A stretch of DNA of 64,000 nt from Gemmatales bacterium. Lineage in GTDB: Bacteria; Planctomycetota; Planctomycetia; Gemmatales; HRBIN36. The position numbers were made by a program, and so were the translations under genes. Positions 42,115 through 49,789 of the stretch are shown piece by piece. The notes beneath the pieces were generated by a model. The model did no database searches and was not told where the DNA came from. It saw only the letters and a program-made list of their open reading frames with translations. The DNA is taken from assembly GCA_041640595.1 (NCBI GenBank), contig JBEPZY010000005.1:32001-96000 (forward strand). Reading direction: 5' to 3'. Within the stretch, counting starts at the first letter, position 1, and every line of letters begins with the position of its first letter.

Positions 42115-43416
42115 ATGTCCAGAACTGCTTTAGAAGGTATCACGAAGAGGGCCAGGAATTCGACTGCCACTAACAATAAGGAGCTTAACATGCAAAACAA
42201 CGCTTTCGAGAAACGATGTGAAGACCTCAGCCGTGAAATCCGTAGTTTAGAGCAAAAGTCGCAGGAGCTTCAACAAATTTTGCAATGGTATCGGAGCACC
42301 AGTGAGCCGCAACTCATCATTGATTTACACACCAGCCAGCGGCAAGCGGAAGATGTGCGAACGCTTCTCTGGCAATGCGAACGCGAAATTGCCGAACTCA
42401 GCAAACAATTGCGTGATGTCGAATCGCAGCTCGGCAGCTGGCTCAATCCGTTCAACTGGTTTTGTCCGAAGCAACAACTGCTCCGTGAAAACTGTGCCAA
42501 CTTGCGAAGCGCTCTGTCGAAGAAGCAAAAGCAGTATGGCCAGGCGAAAACGCAATTGAACGCACTCGAAGCCAAAATCGAGCAATTGAAGAACCAGTTG
42601 CAACAATATCGGACCTTCGATCTCGCCCATCACGAAAGCCAGTTGGCGGAAGTGCAACAGCAGATTGCCCTCAAGAAAGAAGAACTTGGCCGACTCAGGG
42701 AGCTGAAACGACAGTTGGATCAAAAGTTGCGGCCACTCTACGACGAGGTGGAGGCCCTCGAAGAGGAAAAACGGCAATTGAAATCCCGAATTCAGGTGGC
42801 CGAGGATTTTCAACGCCGACTTGACGAGGCCCCGAATGGCCGCGCCCGTTATGTGCTCCATCAGGAGTGCAAAGACCAATTAGGTGATGAGAAGCCTTTG
42901 TTCATTATCCGGGAAAGCCGTTGTCGTCTGCGAGCCATCGAACGTGACCTCGAGAAGCTATACCAGCGGATTCACCAGGAAATTTCGGCCTTTCTCCGAA
43001 ACTCTGCAATCGAGGAAATCATCATTGACGGCAGCAACCTCTGTTACGAGGACGGTTGTTTCATCGGCCTGGCAGCGTTGAAGGTGCTGGTGCCGGAACT
43101 GGTGAATAAGAATTACCGTGTAGTCGTGGTTTTCGACGCCTCGATTCGGTATAAGCTCAAGACCGGAGACGAAAAGATAACCAGGGCCCTGAGTCCCGCC
43201 AAAGTGCATATCGTCAATACAAGGCAAGCAGCCGACACCTACGTCTTGGATTTGGCTTCTCGGGACGAACATGCCTATGTGCTCAGCAATGACCGATTTG
43301 CCGAGTATCCGGACAGCTCCGTGGTACAGGCCGGACGTATTCTCCGGCACGAAATTGTCAACGGCCAAATCTACATCCCCGACCTGCAAATACGGCTGAC
43401 CTACGGTTCCGCGTAG
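42115..43416 (+). CDS. Coiled-coil protein with C-terminal NYN/PIN (Zc3h12a-like) ribonuclease domain
   Basis: Long Q/E/K/L heptad region, then IIIDGSN...VVFDAS...AADTYVL...VLSNDRFAEY acidic tetrad. Alternative start at 42190. Confidence 0.82.
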   Translation: MSRTALEGITKRARNSTATNNKELNMQNNAFEKRCEDLSREIRSLEQKSQELQQILQWYRSTSEPQLIIDLHTSQRQAEDVRTLLWQCEREIAELSKQLRDVESQLGSWLNPFNWFCPKQQLLRENCANLRSALSKKQKQYGQAKTQLNALEAKIEQLKNQLQQYRTFDLAHHESQLAEVQQQIALKKEELGRLRELKRQLDQKLRPLYDEVEALEEEKRQLKSRIQVAEDFQRRLDEAPNGRARYVLHQECKDQLGDEKPLFIIRESRCRLRAIERDLEKLYQRIHQEISAFLRNSAIEEIIIDGSNLCYEDGCFIGLAALKVLVPELVNKNYRVVVVFDASIRYKLKTGDEKITRALSPAKVHIVNTRQAADTYVLDLASRDEHAYVLSNDRFAEYPDSSVVQAGRILRHEIVNGQIYIPDLQIRLTYGSA

Positions 43417-43493
43417 GGCTATGACAATTTCGGCCTTTTCGTATCTCGTTGCGGAAATCGTCGAAACGATGCGAGCTTGCTGGCGAAACTGAA

Positions 43494-43803
43494 CCACGGC
43501 GGGCTGACCCCCGCCGCTCTTATGAACGTGCGTTTGTGCATCGCAGAGGGCGCTTTATGCAGCGAACGAACGTCGTGCACCAGGAGCGGCTGGCGTAAGC
43601 CAGCCGTGGTACGAGAAACGACTGTGCGGGGCGAAACATAATCAGTCCGCAACAACCGATCGCCGTTGCAAGCGCGAATCGGAACCACGGCGGGCTGACG
43701 CCCGCCGCTCCTGATTCTGTGTTCGCCAGCCGCCGGACAATGTTCGATTCTCGCTGCACGATGTTCGGCTCACCGAACCACGGCGGGCTGACGCCCACCG
43801 CTC
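43494..43803. repeat. REP/BIME-like hairpin array 4 (4 units)
   Basis: Units at about 43494(-), 43582(+), 43686(-), 43778(-). Confidence 0.9.
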
Positions 43804-44315
43804 CTGGTTGTGCGTTCGTCAGCCGCTGGAAAATGTTCGATTATCGCAACACATCAAGCGACCAGGTGCTACGAAATAGCCCGCTGCACCAAAACTGGGG
43901 TACGTGTGAGCTACTCATCGAGATTACAAAACTTGTTACACCCTCTGTCCTGATTGCTTTTTGCCAGGTACGTCACCTGCTGGTCGAGTTTACAAAACTG
44001 GTGATGGCGATATAATAATTGCCAGGCACAGCCCAGGCCCGACCGATACTGGAGCAGGTCAAGCTTGGCCTGCAATTGGGCTGCGGCTTTCGGATGGGGC
44101 TGACCTGTCCAGAAAGGGAAAAGCGATTCTCGGTCTGGGCATCCAGGGCCGGCAAGACGAAGTCGGCGTGCTAGGCCCAACGGTTCACGGTGACCCGTGG
44201 GCCACCTGTGTGCTCTACGCCGACCGCATTGGCATCGGGTCGGCTCTGAACAAGGCTCTGGTTCGGACGCCTAACTCGCCGACCGAATCAGGGCGGATAA
44301 GTGCGAAACAGATTC

Positions 44316-44389
44316 GGGCGCTTAGCTCAGCTGGCTAGAGCGCATGGATCACACCCATGAGGTCGGGGGTTCGAGTCCCTCAGCGCCCA
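44316..44389 (+). tRNA. tRNA-Val(CAC)
   Basis: Acceptor stem GGGCGCT/AGCGCCC plus discriminator A, D-arm GCTC..GAGC, anticodon arm CATGG-ATCACAC-CCATG, GGTTCGAGTCC T-arm; CCA not encoded. Confidence 0.93.
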
Positions 44390-44587
44390 CTGGACAGTTG
44401 TACGCTGAGTTACACGGAGTACTAAGTAGTGATACGGACGTAACTTGCGGTTGACTGTTAGTTTGGCAGTAACGCTCTATATCGCTAGAAAACGCGGTTT
44501 GGTGCTGCGCTTTTTGCTGCGCCTGGATATTCCCGCTCTGAATTGTCGGAATTTCGTTGCCTTGCCAGCTTGGGACATGCTGGCTCC

Positions 44588-44853
44588 GGGCAGCTGACGA
44601 TACCGCCGACGATTGCGGGTCGGATGCGTTCTCTTGGTAACCAAAGTGCGTGCGGCAATCCCGGGCAGCCAACGGTGTTGCGGACGGTTGCAGCTCGGAC
44701 GTATTTCCTTACTAACTAAAGCGTTGAAGGCAACGCTGCCAGCCGACGGTGTTACGCCTGCCATCTTGCCGCACGTCGGGGAAGCAACCGCAAAGCGTTG
44801 AAGGCAATCCTGCCAGCTGACGGTGTTGCGGACGATTGCCGATCGGACGTATT
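44588..44853. repeat. Degenerate tandem repeat of about 74 bp (4 copies)
   Basis: CAGC(T/C)(G/A)ACG core at 44591, 44666, 44740, 44814; AAAGCGTTGAAGGCAA is identical in copies 3 and 4. Confidence 0.7.
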
Positions 44854-44882
44854 GATTTCGCTGGCAGTCTCACGGGTGCCCG

Positions 44883-45090
44883 TTCCAGTGATGTTCATCC
44901 GCGATGTGTTGCGGCAGCAATCGTTCGAGTGATGTTCATCCGCGATTCGAGGCGCCCAGTGGCCGTTCCAGTGATGTTCGTCCGCGATGTGTTGCGGCAG
45001 CAATCGTTCCAGGGATGTTCATCCGCGATTCGAGGCACCCAGTGGCCGTGCCAGTGATGTTCATCCGCGATGTGTTGCGGCAGTAATCGT
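44883..45090. repeat. 83-bp higher-order repeat with an 18-bp core every 41/42 bp
   Basis: GTGATGTTCATCCGCGAT (0-1 mismatch) at 44888, 44929, 44971, 45012, 45054, with alternating A/B linkers. Confidence 0.9.
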
Positions 45091-45544
45091 CCGGGAGCAG
45101 GCAGTCTGGTCTTCATTTTGAAGAAAGTCGTAAATCCGAAGCGGGGCGCTGTGCGTCATAAATGTGGGAATGGATTGGGTGCCCCAGCGATAGCGGATGT
45201 GTAACGTGTGAAGGGCTGTCGCGCGTCACAAATATGGGAATGGATGCGGGGCAAAGCCGAATCGCAACCGCCCAGGCACCCAGAACCGTCGCTCCCTGAA
45301 TAGGCATGGACAAGCGCAGCTAGCCGACATCTGCAACTCGGCTTTCGGGAGCGGGCACCATACCGTAAACTAAACGGCAGGGAACGGACATGCACTTCGG
45401 GGCACAGTCTGTTCCGGCGGGTCGAAGTGCCTGGGGTTGCTTCTGGCAAGGGATACATCCAGACGGGGTGCAGCATCTCACGGTGTCGAAATGCGTGGCC
45501 GTATCGAACCACACGGCCAAAAACCCATCATAAGGAGGCTGGGC

Positions 45545-46945
45545 ATGTCGTGGACAAACAGCATTGCGTGGCTGATGGCGGCTGGATGTGTGGCCTGCAC
45601 GTGGGCCTGCATCATGGGGCAAGAAGTCGGCAAGCCTGGAGGCGCAAAGCCAGCGACCGGTACGCCGGGCCAGACCGAAAAACTGGTGCGTGTTACCGGC
45701 GACGTGGCCAAAACCGTGTTTGCTGCGGAACCCAAGCCGTTGAGCGATTCGGTCAAGCGCGGCTTGCGGTACCTGGTGCAGCAGCAGCGGACGGATGGCG
45801 GTTGGAATCAGGGGGGCGGTTGGCGGACGGATGTGTCGCGTGGTGGACGTATCGAAGGCCCTAACGTGGCTGACCCTTCCGACGTGGGGAACACTGCGTT
45901 CGCATTGCTGGCCCTCATCCGCGCCGGAAATACTCCGAAAGAGGGAGAATACAAGGAAGCGGTGAGCAAGGGTTTGGAGTTCATTTTGAAAAACGTTGAG
46001 AAAGCGGACTGGGATTCGCTGCGTCTCGGCGATGTCCAGGGAACGCAATTGCAGTCGAAGATTGGCCGGTATGTGGATTTGTTCGCAGCTAACTGGGTGC
46101 TGGCAGAATTGCACGGTCGTTGTGGCGATGCTCAGTTGGAAGAGCGGGTCGCTAACGCCCTGGAGAAAACCATGACCAAAATAGTTCGCAACCAACGGCC
46201 GGATGGCACATTCGCCGGCAACGAAGGCTGGGCTTCCACGCTCTCGGTTGGAGTGGCGAACAAAAGCGTGGCGCGAGCGAAAGAGCGCGGCGTGGTCGTG
46301 GACGAAGCTGTGGTGAAGCGAATCGTGGCTCAGGCGGAGAATGCCTTCACTCGCAAACCGGCGGAGGGGGGCTTAGTCGGAGGAGGTGGCTTTGGACGAC
46401 TGGCTGCCGTACCTGGCGCCAGCGATGCCGGAGTTCGCCTCTACAGCGTCGCTCAGGGTGCAAGCAATTTCCAGGATGCCGTCAACAGCTTGCGACGCGA
46501 GGAAATGCGGGCCAGACAAATTCTCCAGGATAAAAATGCGTCTCCCGAAATGCGCCAGAGAGCCCAGGAGATTGTGGAAACCGTCGAAAAGCTGGAGCGG
46601 CAAAATGCTCTGTTGCAGGCGGAGCTACGCAAGAACGTCCGCGATGCCCGTTTCCTGCAGGGCTTCGGAAGCAATGGTGGCGAGGAATTCCTCAGCTTTC
46701 TCAATATCGGCGAGACCCTGGTGTTGACCGGCGGTAAGGAATGGGAGGAGTGGGATGCGCGGATGAGGAAAGGTCTGGAGGCCGCACAGAATCCGGACGG
46801 TTCCTGGTACGGGCAACATTGCATCACCGGCCGAACCTTCTGCACTGCTGCTGCGCTCCTGGTGCTCATGACCGACCGCACCCCGTTCACTCCCGAAACC
46901 ATTTCTGCAGCACGCCAGAAGCAGCAAAGCCAGAAAAACCCCTAA
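45545..46945 (+). CDS. Exported prenyltransferase/squalene-cyclase-fold repeat protein
   Basis: AGGAGG RBS, signal peptide, GLRYLVQQQRTDGGW, NQRPDGTF and AQNPDGSW QW-type repeats. Confidence 0.8.
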   Translation: MSWTNSIAWLMAAGCVACTWACIMGQEVGKPGGAKPATGTPGQTEKLVRVTGDVAKTVFAAEPKPLSDSVKRGLRYLVQQQRTDGGWNQGGGWRTDVSRGGRIEGPNVADPSDVGNTAFALLALIRAGNTPKEGEYKEAVSKGLEFILKNVEKADWDSLRLGDVQGTQLQSKIGRYVDLFAANWVLAELHGRCGDAQLEERVANALEKTMTKIVRNQRPDGTFAGNEGWASTLSVGVANKSVARAKERGVVVDEAVVKRIVAQAENAFTRKPAEGGLVGGGGFGRLAAVPGASDAGVRLYSVAQGASNFQDAVNSLRREEMRARQILQDKNASPEMRQRAQEIVETVEKLERQNALLQAELRKNVRDARFLQGFGSNGGEEFLSFLNIGETLVLTGGKEWEEWDARMRKGLEAAQNPDGSWYGQHCITGRTFCTAAALLVLMTDRTPFTPETISAARQKQQSQKNP

Positions 46946-47028
46946 TCCACGAGCTGCGGCAGAAACAAACGAACCTGGGGCGTGCGCTCGCTGCGCCGCC
47001 CCTTTTCGGAATAGAAGGGGAAGACCGC

Positions 47029-48558
47029 ATGGCTCAGCTGACTCGACGGTCGCTGGCCCTGGGCAGCTTCGGCGTGCTTACCGTAGCGGGGATGGCAATG
47101 GCGTTGTTCGCGCTGACACCAAAACCGCCGGACTCCGACCGGGACAACCAGACCCAGGGCGAACCGCATGCAGTTTTCAAACGCCCGTTTCCGAAAAGTC
47201 CGCCTCCACGAGCCGACCTGAACAAGCTGGTGGAGAAAGCTCTGGTTCGCGGTGCCCAATATCTGATTCAGCAACAGCGTAAGGATGGCTCGTGGCGTTC
47301 AGATCGTTATGAGCCATTCCAGGACGGCACGGCCCTGACTCCGCTGGCGGTTTACGCCCTGGAATGCGTTTACGACTCCGACCCCCTTGATAACCACCTG
47401 CGAAATGCAACTATCCGGGCGAGTGTGCATCGCGGACTGGATTTCCTCGCCAGGTACCACCGCCCGGACGGTTCGCTCAACCTGAAGGAAGACGAGTTGC
47501 CCTATCCGGTTTACACGGCGAGCCTGACGATCCTGGCTCTCGCATGGAACCCAGCACATCCTCTGTTTAGTGATCACTGGGGACGAAAGGCCCCCGAACT
47601 TCGGAAAGCCTGGGTGCAATATTTGAAAGAGCGGCAACTGACCGCCCGGCTGGGCTGGCATCCGGAAGATGCGTTCTACGGCGGATGGGGCTATTGTCGG
47701 CTCATTCCCCGAGCGCCCAAGTCCGGCGAGTTTGCACCGCCTCTGCTGGAATCGAATTTGTCTGCCACCGTGTTCGCTCTCGAAGCCTTGCAAGCCGCCG
47801 GCGAGCTGGATGATGAAACCCGACTGGCAGCGCGACACTTTGTGCTTCGCTGTCAGAACTGGTCGCAACCACTCGGCCCCGGCGACGACGGCGGATTTTT
47901 CTTCATTCCCAACGGCGATCCAGTTCGCAACAAAGCCGGCCGATTGGTGGATTTCCTGCGTGCAGCCGACCGGCCAGCGAAAGGCGACGTACCTGCCGAG
48001 AAAATGCTTTCCTACGGCAGTGCCACTGCGGACGGCCTGCTGGCCATGCTTACCTATACCCGCCCGACCCGCGACATCCGGGATAAGGCCCGAATTTCCG
48101 TGGCTGAGCAACTGGAAAAAAAGGACCGCGAGCGCATCCAGGCGGCGATTCGCTGGCTCCAGAAAAACGGGAGCGTGTCTTACAATCCACCGGGACCTGG
48201 TCTCAACGATGCGGTCAATCGCTGCCGGACTCGTCTCGACGGCGCATACTTCTACTACCTGGCCCGACTGGCTCGACTTTATCCGGACAATCTGGGTCTC
48301 CAATTGGCCGACGGCAACCCCGTGCCTGACCCGAACGGCGGTCCGGCGCCCTGGAAATTCTCGGAGGCGTTAGCCTGGCAGTTGTGTCAATTGCAACGCC
48401 CCGATGGTTCCTGGGCAAATCCCCACGATTTTATGCGGGAGGACGAGCCGATCGTCGCCACCTCTTTTGCTTTACTCGCCCTGTGCCGATTCGACCGCCG
48501 CTCCGCCGGCGACATCTTCCGAAAAATCGGCGACAAAATCGCCCCCATCGCTCCGTAG
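47029..48558 (+). CDS. Exported prenyltransferase/squalene-cyclase-fold repeat protein
   Basis: TRRSL plus hydrophobic signal, GAQYLIQQQRKDGSW, GGWGY, DGGFFF, YGSATADGL, LQRPDGSW. Confidence 0.8.
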   Translation: MAQLTRRSLALGSFGVLTVAGMAMALFALTPKPPDSDRDNQTQGEPHAVFKRPFPKSPPPRADLNKLVEKALVRGAQYLIQQQRKDGSWRSDRYEPFQDGTALTPLAVYALECVYDSDPLDNHLRNATIRASVHRGLDFLARYHRPDGSLNLKEDELPYPVYTASLTILALAWNPAHPLFSDHWGRKAPELRKAWVQYLKERQLTARLGWHPEDAFYGGWGYCRLIPRAPKSGEFAPPLLESNLSATVFALEALQAAGELDDETRLAARHFVLRCQNWSQPLGPGDDGGFFFIPNGDPVRNKAGRLVDFLRAADRPAKGDVPAEKMLSYGSATADGLLAMLTYTRPTRDIRDKARISVAEQLEKKDRERIQAAIRWLQKNGSVSYNPPGPGLNDAVNRCRTRLDGAYFYYLARLARLYPDNLGLQLADGNPVPDPNGGPAPWKFSEALAWQLCQLQRPDGSWANPHDFMREDEPIVATSFALLALCRFDRRSAGDIFRKIGDKIAPIAP

Positions 48559-48701
48559 TGCCAGCCATAGGCCGATCGTGTAGTCCGAAATATCGCCTTA
48601 GTTGCGTGCAAGGAACCACCGCAATCGATCCGGCGGATCGCGGCAGGCCATCTGGCGTATCGCTAATCCGCTTTCCTCACATCCGTAGTTACCTGGTGAA
48701 A

Positions 48702-48890
48702 GGGGTGCCGTGCTTGGCGTCGGTTTCAGCTCTGGGCCACTCCAAGCCTGAAAAATCATCATAATGACCACGAGAGGTCGCCACAGTTCGTCAGCGGACG
48801 CGGCAATCCGACCCGTCCCATCGCCAACCCGCTCCCCTCGCCGCACTAGCTCATCTGATGTCAGGGGGTGCCGTGCTTGGCGTCGGTTTC
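48702..48890. repeat. Perfect 26-bp direct repeat pair
   Basis: GGGGTGCCGTGCTTGGCGTCGGTTTC at 48702-48727 and 48865-48890. Confidence 0.9.
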
Positions 48891-49063
48891 GTGTCTTGGC
48901 CAGGCCCGACGTTTGTATTACCAACACCTTGCTTTTTCACAGTTCCGCCATCACCAACCTTAGGAGGAGGAGGCTTCGTCGGCTCTTCCCGGCCGCATCC
49001 GGCAGTCATTAGAGCAATCGCCCACGTGAGCACAACCGCCAGCACTACTCGCAATGGTCTCAT
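48851..49063 (-). CDS. Small Pro/Lys/Thr-rich lipoprotein
   Basis: MRPLR, hydrophobic stretch, lipobox-like TAGC; ATGA overlap with the upstream gene; AAGGAG upstream. Confidence 0.7.
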   Translation of the reverse strand: MRPLRVVLAVVLTWAIALMTAGCGREEPTKPPPPKVGDGGTVKKQGVGNTNVGPGQDTKPTPSTAPPDIR

Positions 49064-49776
49064 TGTCCTTCTCCTTGTTTTGCTGGTTCCTGAGGTTTAT
49101 CCGCCGCAAAACGCTTCGCACACTGTTCTAGGAACTCGCACAGTTTTAGCCAGTCTTCCGTGGCCTTTTGCACCAGGCAGTCCTTTATGGTCGTCTCGCC
49201 GTCTTTAGTACTATATTTGAACGCCATTACGAGTATGTTAGCTTCCGCCTTATTTACCTGAGCACGGTTAACCGCCTCTCGAAGATTTCGAGTTAGGTCC
49301 TGGATGGTGCTTTGCGCTTGTTGGTAACTTTTTCGCAAGAGGGCGTCGTCCTGGGGTTTGTTAGGCTTGGTCACCAGATTAGGTTGGGGAGCGGGCCTTG
49401 TGGCTTCTAGCGACAGTCCTAGCGCCGATACGACCAGGGCCAAAATAGCGAGTCCCAAACAAGTTAGCCATACCCAGCCGAGTCTGGGCCACTTATAAAC
49501 GGTTACGTGAAAACTATAAATTCTCCCCGCCTCGTTAGTCTTTTCTTGCTCAAACCGTCTGCGTATGTCCAGCAACACTCCATCAGCTCGGGCGAGACAA
49601 CGCCCGTCCTGCTGGTAATCTTGCTCGGCGAGCTGACTCAACCAGGTGAGCACTTTATTTCTGTACGGATCAGTTCGGCCCTGGAAGCTGGACTGAGAAA
49701 CCTGGTAGCCACCGGCATTCCAGGTTACCAGATAAGATGCTATCGGCCTGAGCGCGGAGCATGAGTTGCGCGCCAT
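49060..49776 (-). CDS. Single-pass membrane protein: small N-terminal globular domain, TM, coiled-coil/helical C-terminus
   Basis: TM WVWLTCLGLAILALVVSALGL; tightly coupled to its neighbours. Confidence 0.75.
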   Translation of the reverse strand: MARNSCSALRPIASYLVTWNAGGYQVSQSSFQGRTDPYRNKVLTWLSQLAEQDYQQDGRCLARADGVLLDIRRRFEQEKTNEAGRIYSFHVTVYKWPRLGWVWLTCLGLAILALVVSALGLSLEATRPAPQPNLVTKPNKPQDDALLRKSYQQAQSTIQDLTRNLREAVNRAQVNKAEANILVMAFKYSTKDGETTIKDCLVQKATEDWLKLCEFLEQCAKRFAADKPQEPAKQGEGQ

Positions 49777-49789
49777 GGCGACACCCCTG

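Noticed and set aside
44883..45090. Mini-CRISPR
   Set aside because: The core is only 18 bp and the 'spacers' alternate between two repeated sequences.
48702..48890. Diversity-generating retroelement TR/VR pair
   Set aside because: Too short, no adenine-specific mismatches, and no reverse transcriptase in the window.
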